Below, piece after piece: positions 48,718 to 63,493 of a stretch of 64,000 nt of DNA. The notes beneath the pieces are model-generated. The model searched no databases, was not told where the DNA came from, and saw only the letters and a program-made list of their open reading frames with translations. Every line of letters begins with the position of its first letter. Position 1 is the stretch's first letter. The stretch lies in NCBI RefSeq assembly GCF_009914755.1, contig NC_060941.1, one strand, 5' to 3'. The stretch is from the human T2T-CHM13v2.0 reference genome, Homo sapiens. The translations under genes were made by a program, and so were the position numbers.

Positions 48718-49688
48718 GTTAATGCTGCGATTCTTGGAGCCAGGGCCTCCATCAGGACCCGGCAGGTGGACTCCTTGCTGCTGCAGGGACATCCCTACCA
48801 TGGCTCTGCTGGGGCTGGAGGGCCCAAGGTATCTTCCAGCTATTGGCCAACGCCACATGGGTTCTCCTCTACCTGGTCCTTCTTTCCATGCAGCCACTTG
48901 TCACTGAGCTTCTTGACATGGTGCTGGCTACTAAAAGGCCAAAAACAGAAGCCACAGGCTGCTGAAGTCTATACCTGGAACTGAACTGTGTTACTTCCAA
49001 CACGTTCTGCAGGTCAAAGACAGTGAGGACCAGGCAAGAGGGCCCCTGCCTTGTGTTTTAGAGCAGAGCTGAGCAAACTTTCTCTGCCAGGGACTAGATA
49101 AAAAATAGGCTTTTCCTAAATCTTAATTTTAGATTTTTACCAAGAGGCAAAATTGAGCAACTGTTCTTGCCAAAATCATTTTACATTTAAAAATGTAAAA
49201 AGCATGCTTAGCTCACAGGCTGTACAAAAACTGGATTTGGCCTACAGGCTATGGTTTGTTAAGCCCTACCTTAGTGGGCTCTCCTCTCCCCACCAGTCCC
49301 CAGGCTGGGCTCTCCTTATAGGGTTAGAGTCTGCAGGGCCAATGCCCACTCACAGCCTGCTCTCCGACCCCTTTTAGACAACAACCTGGGTACTCAGAGC
49401 CTGGAATTCCCTTCCAGGGCCTCTTGCCAAGATCCATCCTTCCTGTGAACACCGCCCTGCTGGCGTATGCACTCCTGTGGCCAGTGGAGGAGTCAGTGGA
49501 TGGCTGTTTTCAGGGGCAGTGGGACGCAGTTAGACATGCAGGTTGGGGTGCTATGATGGAAAGGGCCTGGGAAGAGAAGTGGGGTGGCCCATGTCAATAG
49601 TACATTCTTAGGCCTCCACATACTGGAGTGGAATCTCAGGGGTCCATGAATTCTTAAGTCAAACTTGTCCTTCCAGGTTCTTGGGAAA

Positions 49689-50078
49689 TGTAAAGGACTG
49701 AATTGCATCCCCACGCCCCCACCCCACAAATCCGTGTGCTAAAGCCCTAATCTCCAGTGTGACTGTTCTGTAGAGATAAGGCCTTGAAGAAGGTAATTAG
49801 GGGAGAATGAACTCATCAAGGTGGCGCTCTGATCTGATAGGATTAGTGTTCTTACGGGGAGGGGAAGAGGCCACAGGAGGGTGCATATGGAATAAAAGCC
49901 ACGTCAGGACACAGCGAGAAGGAGGCAGCCAGCACGGCACCAAGAGAGGCCTCACCAGAAGCCCACCTGCTGGCACCTTCATCCTGGACTTCCAGCCTCC
50001 AGACCCAAGAGAAATTTCTGTTGTTTAAGCCACCCAGTCTGTGGTGTTTTATAAGGGTAGCTCAAGCCAACCAATACA
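49689..50078 (+). mobile_element. MaLR LTR (MLT1A-like)
   Basis: TGTAAAGGACTGAATTG start; GGACTTCCAGCCTCCAGA...TTTAAGCCACCCAGTCTGTGG...AATACA end. Confidence 0.75.
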
Positions 50079-50849
50079 GGAAGGTACTTGTGTCAAGGGG
50101 TGGGAAAGAGCATACTGTATTTAACCGTCTGTTGGCTTGATTTGTAATACTCCTATTTAGATAAAGGCTGTGTGAGTCTTAGTTATTCTTGTCCCGGCTC
50201 CCTCACCCCACATGTTAGAGATGGCCTCATCCTAGGTCAATAGGGAGTTGTGGGTTAGGGCCAAGTAGATTATGTTATAAAGCGAGATGTATTTTATATA
50301 TTCATATCTTTTTTCATATATATGTTCATATATATATGTATGTGTATGTATTCATACAATCAACATCGTTGTCACTCTTATCAAGCAGAACAGGAAGGAG
50401 GAATAAAGGCCCCAGAGGGCAGGGGCACCATCTCAGATGTCTTTGTCCCATTCACAGCTCCTTCTTACACAGAGCGGGCACCATGTGCGACAGTAAAGCA
50501 AGAGCCAGGATGAATCCTGGCCCCATCTGCCACCTCCCCACTGTGCGTGTGACTCTGGTCACCTCACTTGAGCTTGCTGTGCCTCGACTTCTCCAGTGGT
50601 AAACGAGGGTACGACCTAGCACGGTGCTGGCTTAAAGACTGTGCTCAGGGGTGGCTCTGATTCACATTTGATTTATAGTCAATATTACATTCTTAGTGCA
50701 TCTCACCATTAAGGAGGTTCCTGAAAAACTCGGTGGGGGAAAAGAGAGGATCTGAAGAGGTGTTTGATTTCTTTGACGTAACAAGAAATTAAAGAAGTTT
50801 GCTGGGCATGGCGCTGGAGAGGTCCGGTGGGCCAAGTCGATTAGATGAT

Positions 50850-51113
50850 GTGGGGTGGGCCATGTCAATATTACATTCTTAGGCCTCCACATACTGGAGT
50901 GGAATCTCAGGGGTCCATGAATTCTTAAGTCAAACTTGGCCTTCCAGGTCCTTGGGAAATGCTAAGGACGGAATTGCACCTGTCAGATCAGGGCCCCACC
51001 TTGATGAGTTCATTCTCCCCTAATTACCTCCCTCAAGGCCTTACCTCTACAGAACAGTCACACTGGGGGTTAGGGCTTCAGCACACGGATTTGGCGGCGG
51101 GGGATGCAATTCC
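50850..51113. repeat. Local duplicate of 49579-49841, first half direct and second half inverted
   Basis: 50850-50978 matches 49579-49707 (7 differences in 129 by hand count); 50979-51112 is the reverse complement of 49700-49841. Confidence 0.92.
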
Positions 51114-51907
51114 AAGGTCGGGTGACCCAACTCAATTAGATAATGTTTTTCTAGACCCAGTCGCTCCACAGTCACCTTCCCGATTTCTGCCAGGATCAGC
51201 TAGCCTTACCGAAGAGCTAAAAAGAGATTCATCCCAAACAAGAGCTTCCTTGGAAGCATTCCATGAAGACTTGAAACGGTGCTGCCTCCCACCACCTGAC
51301 CCAGTATTGTCAGTGCCTCCTCTGAGGATCGCAGAAAATCGCACCCCACGCCCCCCCAGTGCACATTCCAGACTTGGAGAAGCGCGGCATGGGGTGGCGG
51401 TGGGGAGAACACCTTTCTGCCAGATCAAAAGCCCAGCACTTTATTCAGAGTTTTATTTATGGCTCCTTCAGAAGGTTAGTCCAGTCACGCCTCCTTAATA
51501 ACCGCCTCATCACACATGATTCAGGTGTCCTGGGGCCACTTCACGCTCCTGGCTTCCTGGCCCAAAGCCCAGGAGACCGCTGAACCCCACTGCCTGGCAT
51601 TATTTGCGGGCGAGACACCACTGGTGAAGTGTTTGTCTTTTCTTATGGCTTATTTTATTGAAGGTTGTTCTTTTAGTCAAACACCTTTTCAGTTCTTTGT
51701 GTTTGCTGAGCACCCAGGGCTGTCTCACCCAGCCTTGAATTGTTTCCAGGCACCTTGCAAGCCAGTATTGTACAGTTCTTTTCTGCACAGAAAAAGTACA
51801 GACTTCTGGTTTCCAGTCCAGCATGTTAGGAGCTTAGACGTCATCGTTCCATCCTGACAAGTGAAAAGCTGGACTGGAAAATCAACAATTCTTCCTAGAG
51901 CCATTGG

Positions 51908-51989
51908 CGCCTCCCACGTGGGAGACCTGGGTTCATTTCCTGACCAGTGCACCAGCATTGGTGGTTGAGTGGTAGAATTCTCGCCTCCC
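51908..51989 (+). pseudogene. Circularly permuted tRNA-Gly(CCC) retrocopy (nt 28-71 + CCA, then nt 1-35)
   Basis: CGCCTCCCACGTGGGAGACCTGGGTTCATTTCCTGACCAGTGCA-CCA-GCATTGGTGGTTGAGTGGTAGAATTCTCGCCTCCC; 7 mismatches to recalled tRNA-Gly-CCC; TSD CCTAGAGCCATTGG at 51894-51907 and 51988-52001. Confidence 0.9.
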
Positions 51990-52688
51990 TAGAGCCATTG
52001 GAAAAATGAGGTAACAGGGCAAACCACTGTCCCCAAAATTAGACAGACAGGCAGATACAGATAATTACAACTTACCAGAACAGAAACCTCCCTGGCTACT
52101 AGTGCTGGGGTGCAAAAACCTGATCCGTAATCGGCAAATTGCTGGAGGCTAAGTGTGGACAAGTCTGAGAATCAGTCACGGGGGCTCCACGCGTTTTGGA
52201 GTTTTCCCTCAGGAAGCGCTGCCGGGTCCTCACAGTGAATGCTGGAGAAAAATCGCCTCATGCTTCTGGCAGGGAGAGGAGAAAAGTAATAACCATTGTG
52301 AAATATGCCAGAGCATCCCGTTCTTCTTAACAAGGGCTTCCCTCAGGAGACGCTAATGTGAGCTTAATCTCCTGGGGTTTTATCAGACCCTAACCTACCT
52401 AGAAGAAGGGACATCCCCGATTCCAATCCCTTCCACCCATCCTCTCCCACCCAAGAGGAGAGGGGGGAGACCAAGAAGCACTTGTGAAGGTCACAATCCA
52501 CAGGCACAGGCTCCCCACAAGACAGAGACCTCATCGTCGGACCGTAGCACACTTCCCCTCTCCACACCTCACCACCACATCACTAAAGGTTCATGTACTA
52601 CAGTTCCTTTCACCCAGTGTGCCATGTCCAGCCCTCAAGAAAACAATTACAGCACACTAAATGGCAAAAAAAAAAGAAAGCAATTTGA

Positions 52689-53073
<385 letters not shown>

Positions 53074-53709
53074 TAACCAGGAATTTTTTTAAACTATGAT
53101 TAATTTGCTAAGGGCTTTAGTGGAAAAAAGTAGACAGCATGCAAGAACAGATGGGCAGTGTTAAGCAGAGAGAAATTCCAAGAAAGAAAAGATGCTAGAG
53201 ATCGGAAATACTGGAGCAGAAATGAAGAATGCCTTTGATGGGCTCATCTGTAGACTGGACACAGCTGAGTCTGGGGTGACTGAGCCTGAGGATATGGCAG
53301 TAAAAACTTCCAAAACGGAAAAGCAAAGACTGAAAAAAAAAAAAAAATGGAACAGACTATCCAAGAACTGTGGGACAGCTACAAAAGATATATGCCCTGG
53401 GAACACTGGAAGGAGACGTAAGAGAGAAAGAAACAAGGAATGTTTGAAGCAATTGGGACAGAGAATGTCCCCTGAATTAATGTCAGACACCAAATCACAG
53501 ATCCAGGAAGCTCAAATGACACAAAGTAGGACAAATGCTCAAACAAAACAAAAAGCTAGGCATATCATATTCAAACTGCAGAAAATCAAAGAATTCTGAG
53601 GGAAGCCCAGAGCGGGGAAAGCAACACGTTACCTAAAGAAGGGCAAAGACAGTAGAGTGAAATATTTAAAGCTTTGGGAGGAAAAAAAAAAAAAAAAAAA
53701 CGAACCTAG

Positions 53710-54134
<425 letters not shown>

Positions 54135-54208
54135 AAAAGAAGTTCTTTAGAGAGAAGGAAAGTGACATAGGTCAGAAACTTGGATCTCCATGGGGCAAGG
54201 AAGGGCAG

Positions 54209-54950
54209 GCTTTGCAGATGCTGCCACCACCCATAGCCCCCTGCACCAGCCGTGGGCAGCCCCACTGTGTTCTTCAACATGAGGCCGCATCTCTTTCAAG
54301 CTGTTTGCAGACTACATTCCAAAAACAGCAGAAAATTTTTGTGCTCTGAGCACTGGAGAGAAATGATTTGGTTATAAGGGCTCTTTGCTTTCACAGAATC
54401 ATGCCAGGGTTTGTGTGTCAGAGTGGTTACTTCACACACCATCAAATTTCCAAGAAAATTTACTGGTATCAAGAAAGAAATTTGATCTACGGGAAGAAAT
54501 TTGATGGTGAGCACTTCATCCTGAAGCATACAGGTCCTGGCATCTTGTCCATGGCAAATGTTAGACACAATACAGATGGTCCCCAGTTTCTCATCTGCAC
54601 TGCCAAGGCTGAGTGGTTGAATGGCAGAGTGGCATGCATGTGGTCTTTGGCAAGGTGAAGAGAATATCGTGGAAACCATGGAGCACTTTGGGTCCAAGAA
54701 TGCCAAGGCCAGCAAGAAGCTCATCATTGCTGACTGTGGACGACTCTTAATAAATTTGACTCATGTTCTATCTTAACCACCAGACATTCCTTCCTTAGCT
54801 CAGGAGAGCACCCCTCCACCCCATTCGCTCGCAGTAGCCTCTCATCTTTGTGCTCTTGCTGCAGTTCCTTGGGTTCCATATTTTCCTTATTCCCTTCCAT
54901 GCCTAGCTGAATTGCAGAGTTAAGTTTATGATTATGAAATAAAAACTAAC
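54209..54950 (+). pseudogene. PPIA (cyclophilin A) processed pseudogene inserted in L1
   Basis: Intronless PPIA 5'UTR-CDS-3'UTR ([13 protein letters not shown]; [15 protein letters not shown]; 3'UTR GAGTTAAGTTTATGATTATGAAATAAAAACTAA). ATG>GTG at 54252, GGA>TGA at 54364, several indels. Possible short TSD AAGGGCA/AAGAGCA. Confidence 0.93.
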
Positions 54951-55182
54951 AAGAGCATCAGAGAAGGTATAGGTGAAAGTAAAATACTTTTAGTATTCTT
55001 GATCTAACATGAGTTTTTTTCAAAATAATAACATATTCTAGTGTGTGTGCATATCCTATGTATAAGTGAAATGAACGAGAGCAGTGATAGAAGGGATAAG
55101 AGGGAAGAATTAGGATTATTTTGTTATCATAGCTACTTTCACTATGCATGAAGTGTTACAGTGTTATTTGAAAGTAGACTTG

Positions 55183-55602
<420 letters not shown>

Positions 55603-57199
55603 CTAAACCCGCAAGAGGCAGAAAAAGAGTGGGAGACAAAAAAAAAAAAATGGACAAGGGCCACAAATAGAAGACAATAACAAATATAGCAGTGATTAAT
55701 CCAGTTATATCACAAATAACTTTCAAAGTCATTGGTCTAAATGCAGCAATTAGAAGATTGCCAGACTAGATCAAAAAACAAGACTTAACTCTATGCAAGA
55801 AATCCCCTTTAAGTATAAAGACATGTAGATTAAAAGTAAGTGGATATAAAAGATATATCATGCTAATACTAATCAAAGAAATTAGGAGTCACTATATTAA
55901 TTGCAGCTAGAGCAGACCTCAGAGCAAGGAGAGTTATCATGGAAGGGCATTACATAATGATAAAGGGGTCAAGTCTCCAAGAAAACATAGCAGTTGTTAA
56001 TGTGTGCGTCTGACAGCAGAGCATTGAAATACATACGGCCAAACATGATAGAACTGCAGGTAGAAATACATGAATCCACTATTTTATTTGAAGGCTTCAG
56101 TGCCCCTCTATCAGAAATAGACATATCCCGCAAGGAGAGAATCAGTAGGGACGGAGTTGAACTCAGCAATACTGTCCTGTAGACTCTACTTCATCCAACA
56201 ACAGCAGAATAACATACATTCTTCACAAGCTCACATAGAACATTCACCAATATAGACCACATTCTGTGCTGTAAAACACACCTTAACAAACTGAAAATAA
56301 TAGAAACCATGCAGTGTCTTCTCTCAGACCACAATAGACCTAAACTAAAAATCAATAACAAAGATAGCTAGAAAATTCCAAAATACTTGAAGATTAAAGA
56401 ACCCTTCTAAATAGTGTGGGTCTAAGAAGAAATCTAAAAGGAAATTTTAAAATATTGTTAAATAAATGAAAACGTAGATACGACTTATCAAATGTTATAC
56501 GGTGCAATTAAAGCAGGGCTTAGGAAACTTATAGTATTGAATTCATATATTAGAAAAGAAGAAAGATCTAAAATCAACCACCTAAGCTTCCATCTTAGGA
56601 AGCTAGAGAAAGAAGAGCAAATTAAATCCACAGTCAGCAAAAGAAAATAAAAACTAGAGCAGAAGCCAATGAAATAGAAAATAGAAAACAGGGAAAGTCA
56701 ACAAACCCAAAAGGAAGTTCTTTGAAAACATCAATAAAATTGATAAGCCTCAAGTCAAATTAAGAAAAAGAGAGAGCACAAGTTACTAATAAATGAAAGA
56801 GGACATCACTACAGATCCCATGGATGTTAAAGGATGATAAACAAACACCAGCATGGAAAACTACAGACTAATACCTCTCATGAACATAGATGCAAAAATC
56901 CTCAACAAAATATTAGCAAGTTGAATCCAACATGTATAGTAGGAATTAGCTTCTGTTTGCAGCCAGTATAAACAATTGCAAACACTGCTTTCATTTGATC
57001 CTCTTCTGACCTTTTTTGGGAGGGGTACTTAGGCTGTTCTGCTGTTTGCTTCCCATTCTTACAGGGAGGTAAAAAAGGGTGGCTACTCTAAATAGATTTT
57101 AAAGCACTTTCATTGGTGTAATTACTATTAGAGAGATCATTTTCTGTTTTCTCCAATTGTACATAGAGCCACAATTTTTGTCTAAATAGAAAATACATA

Positions 57200-57885
<686 letters not shown>

Positions 57886-58897
57886 TAGTCATTTCCCATG
57901 TGACATAGTAAGATCCTTGATCTTGGATATCGTATCTTAGCGTATTTGTCTGTTATCCCAGTTAGTTTGGTAATCTGTGATACCTAGCAGAGTGCCCAAC
58001 CCATAGAAATGTACAGTCAGCCATACTCAGTGGGAGTGAGCAAAGGAGAGGGCCAAGGAGGGTGTCCTAATACCATAAGAAAACAGAGAAGCCTGAAGTT
58101 TTGCTGCTCCAGTAAAAAATCAATTTAATTGCCTAAGGGGAGATTTTTAAAAATCTGTTTGATTCACTTCTGTAACTGATTCACTTCTGATTTACTATGT
58201 CTGGTACACAGTAAATTAATATTTGCTGAAAGAACGAATGGAAGGTTTATTGTCGCTTAAGAATTTTCAGGTGCCAACAATCATTTGAGTGTTTAACATA
58301 TACCAAAATGTTTCCTCTGTCCCCCTCTGAGCCAAGTTTAGTTTATTTCCTTGAATAACTTTCACCCACCTGCTTATTTCTGGTAGGCCAGTTCTTATTT
58401 CTAATGTTAGGCAGTATGGAGTTATGTATACTCAGCTGCAGTAAGCACATTTTAATACACATAATGCCATTTAATCCCCACCACCTGCTTGTCAGGTGGG
58501 TGCTGAAATCCCAAGATCACAGCTGAGGAAATGGAGGCTCAGAGAGGCTAACCAACTTGCCCAAAGTCACACAGCTCCTGGCCTCCAGCAGTTGGGTTCG
58601 GAGCTCTCTCACCTCATTCTGCTTCCCGCTTGTATTCTGAGCTTTGGCTATGCCATTGGAAAGGAGTTTAATTAGGAAGTATCTCGATTGAGAGCTGGGG
58701 GTGTTTCACTTCTCCCCTGCTGCGGGGCTTTCTGTTTATGACGCTCTGGTCTCTGTTCTGATGCTTTAGAAAGAGGACACGGTCAGGAGACCTGAGGCCT
58801 CTCTCTTCCTGACCTTGCTGTTAACCAGCCCAATGACCTCAGCAAGCCACTGTGCCACTTTGAGCCTCAGGAGCCTCTTCAGAACCCTGAAAACACC

Positions 58898-59417
<520 letters not shown>

Positions 59418-61126
59418 TGAGTAGGGGCAGACAGTCTCAGTAGACATGACAAAGGCTCCAGGAGTTGTGGGTCCCACAGTAGCAAGTGGAGGAGACAGTT
59501 ATCAAACCCAAGATCCCAGCTGTCAGATCAGAACACCCAGAAAACGTTCAGGCCTGTCTTCTTTCTTTCCAAATGGTGCTGTTTGGACGCGTCAGACAGT
59601 GCTTTGACCATGTTACATGTAAAGAGTGCCTCTGGGGTCCTGTGTTCTATCCTTGGGAATGGATGATGTTTTTCAAAACAAATGTAATTTTTCCATCAAA
59701 ATGTTTTTGTTTTTTGAAAAAGAAAGGATATTCTTTGTTTCCCTGAAACAGTAAAAGGACTTGAGTGTGTTTTATGCATAAAGGCCACCGTTATTTTGTA
59801 ATGACAGCTTGGGAAGAGGCTTTTGTGGCCAGGCCTTTTATTTAAGATTGGGCTCTAGGGGTTTGCTGTATACATACAGCACAAAAATGAAGAGTGAAAT
59901 CCCAGTTCAAGTGCAGCCGAGAACAGGAGAGTGAATCTCCACACACGTACTTTATAGGTCCGTGGGTTCCTTCAAGAAAAAGCCTTTAGAGCCAAGAGCT
60001 CCTGAGTGAAGGAGGCATCTTGGCTGTTTTGATCCTGTTAAGCATTTGGGCCCCTTTTCAGCAGGACTCATGTAAACTGGGCGAGTACCCACCATAGCTG
60101 TCTAGGGAACCCCACTGGATCAAGGCCTTCAGTATAGAAAAAGGGTCAGAAGTATGGATGCCAAAGCCGATGACCAGGGTTCTAATCCAAGCGTTGCTGC
60201 TTGCAAGCTCTGTAACATTGGACAAGCTACTGTGTCTCTCTGTACCTTATTTCCTCACCTTTGCAATGGGCCTTATGAGGATTAGGTGAGCTTCAGAGCT
60301 AAAGAGCCTGGCTCTCGGCACATGCCTACTGTGGTGATGTTGGTTACAGCTACTGTCAATATTGCCAGTGGCATCTAAAACCTTCCTGTGCCGTCCTCAA
60401 GCTCTCCCAGGCTGGAGATTTCAGAAGTTAGAAAGCTCCTGGAGTCCCATCCTCTCTGGGAGGCATTTGAATGTGAAGCCCTGGTAGAGAGTGGAAGGCT
60501 GGGTGGCCTTGGAGTGACATCCTTCCAGCTGCTGCAGGCCCTTGGCCTTGTACAAGACAAGAAGCTACCCCCTGGTCCCTTTCATGCCCTGGTCCTGTGC
60601 CCGGGCTGGAAGAAAGCTCATTCATATCTCACTTTTACAAGACAGGCAGCCATTTGTAACATCCTGACATTCCCCCAAGCAGTTGGCTCTTGTAAGTATA
60701 ATAATAATGATCTAAATGACAAATAGCAGTAAAATTGAATGACAGTGGCCTTGTTGGGGGTCTGTCTTTGAAGCCACAGCTCAACCTCCCATGTGCAGCA
60801 GGGAAATCCGCCAGCTCTAGCCCTTCTTGCCAACTCTGCCTCTCCTTTTGTGAGTTTCTCCATTATGGGAAACCAGATTGGCGTCACAGCCCCTTGCCTG
60901 GGGCTTCAGGATATCAGGCAGCCCTGGGCTTGGCTGTAAGCCCACATTGGCCCACAAGTGCCAGAGACACCTGCTCCTATCCCCATAGGGGACAGACAAG
61001 AGAGTCTCCTCATCCATTCCATGGTCTCTGAGCCTGGTCCTCAGCCCAAAGCTGGCTCCCTAGACCAATGAGAGCCAGAGAACCAGAATGGGCCATAGGA
61101 GCCGGTGGAATTCAGAGGGTCTCAGC

Positions 61127-61830
<704 letters not shown>

Positions 61831-62677
61831 CTCTAGACAGCTGAATAGGGACAGTATAGCCAACATCCTAAGTCGTGTGTATCTGAATGTTTATCTTCCA
61901 GTGGGGCTCTCTAACACTATTTTCCCTTTTACAGTGAGGCTTTGGTTAACCAGAGGTATTTATTAACCACAACTGCTCATTGAGAGAAAGATATGCTTTA
62001 TTCCAAAAATGAATTTGCAGCGGTGAGGTTGTGCCCTATACCTGTAACTGAGATCTTCAGGACCTCCCGTGTTATCTGGTACACAACAAGCCAAAGGTGA
62101 CACGTTTCTCTGGGAAAAAATGCTCTGGCTAGATTCTAAACCCCATCCTATTGTTACAATTGAAGGCACTGCAGTGTTCAGAGTGACTTTGTAATCTTGG
62201 CCCAGTGGCTGAGCAGGCGGGCTCTATGCGGCTGATGAGGATGAGTGCTGTCACGAGAAAAACGAGCCTTGGCGCTTGGCATTCTGCTTTTGGTAAGCCT
62301 TGGAGGAAGGAGAGCGTGTTATCAGAAGGAGTCATGGGAATTTAATGCCTTGGAAATAGAAAATGAAGAGCCAGCTGGGAGCCAACTTGTTGTAGAACTT
62401 AAAGCAAAACCAATCAGGTGGCCATGGCCTTTAGGATTCATGAATCCTTCTGACCAGAAACAGGGCTCCCACACCCTTGCCTGTTGATGGCTTTCCAATT
62501 CGGACATCAGTTTCCATCACCCAAGCAGAGAGATGTGGTTGGCAAGACTGCTCAGATATTTGTAGAATATAGGATAGGAAACAAAGTATAACCTCCTTTG
62601 TTCAGCCCTCACTGATCCTTTACCTGATACACACAGCAACACTGTTGCTTCAGCCCTGCCACTGTTAAAAACAAACT

Positions 62678-62995
<318 letters not shown>

Positions 62996-63295
62996 TTAAC
63001 CAAGTTAAACATAGTTTAACATAGTTACAAGAGCAAATTTTATTCAAGTGCTTTTGAAATATAGTTACTTAAAACAACTGAAATGATGCTTTCCAATAAA
63101 TCATCTTAATCCTCTGGGCCCTTTGATTAATATTTCATTAATCCCAGTATCAATGTATTTGAAAATACATTGAAAAGATAAAATTATATCTTTAAAATAA
63201 ATGTGTCAGTATTCAGTTCCACATATTAATTGATTGGCTTTGAGCAAGTCTTTAAACTTAGAGAACCTATTTTCTCCCTATAAAATGAGAATATA

Positions 63296-63493
63296 CAGTA
63301 AGACCTCACTTAACATTATCGATAGGTTCTTGGAAACTGTGACTTCAAGTGAAATGATGTATAACAAAACTAGGTTTTTCTCCCTCATCAGCATTATAAG
63401 GAAATGATGTTATTTGAGGACCTGCTGTATGTTGTTTTGCTTAAAATCACAGTTTCCAAGAACTTACTGCTGGTACGGAGTGAAGACGGACTG
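63296..63493. mobile_element. Tigger-derived MITE (MER82-like)
   Basis: TA|CAG...CTG|TA ends; long imperfect TIR (GTTCTTGGAAACTGTGA / TCACAGTTTCCAAGAAC). Confidence 0.7.

Noticed and set aside
50959-51498. Longest ORF in the track (179 aa)
   Set aside because: Starts in the inverted LTR duplicate; no recognisable domain or exon support.
51908-51989. Functional tRNA or active Pol III gene
   Set aside because: B box precedes A box, A58 is lost, stems are mutated and there is no adjacent T-run terminator.
54368-54658. 96-aa cyclophilin-like ORF as a functional retrogene
   Set aside because: Lost ATG, early stop, indels and an insertion in the catalytic domain.
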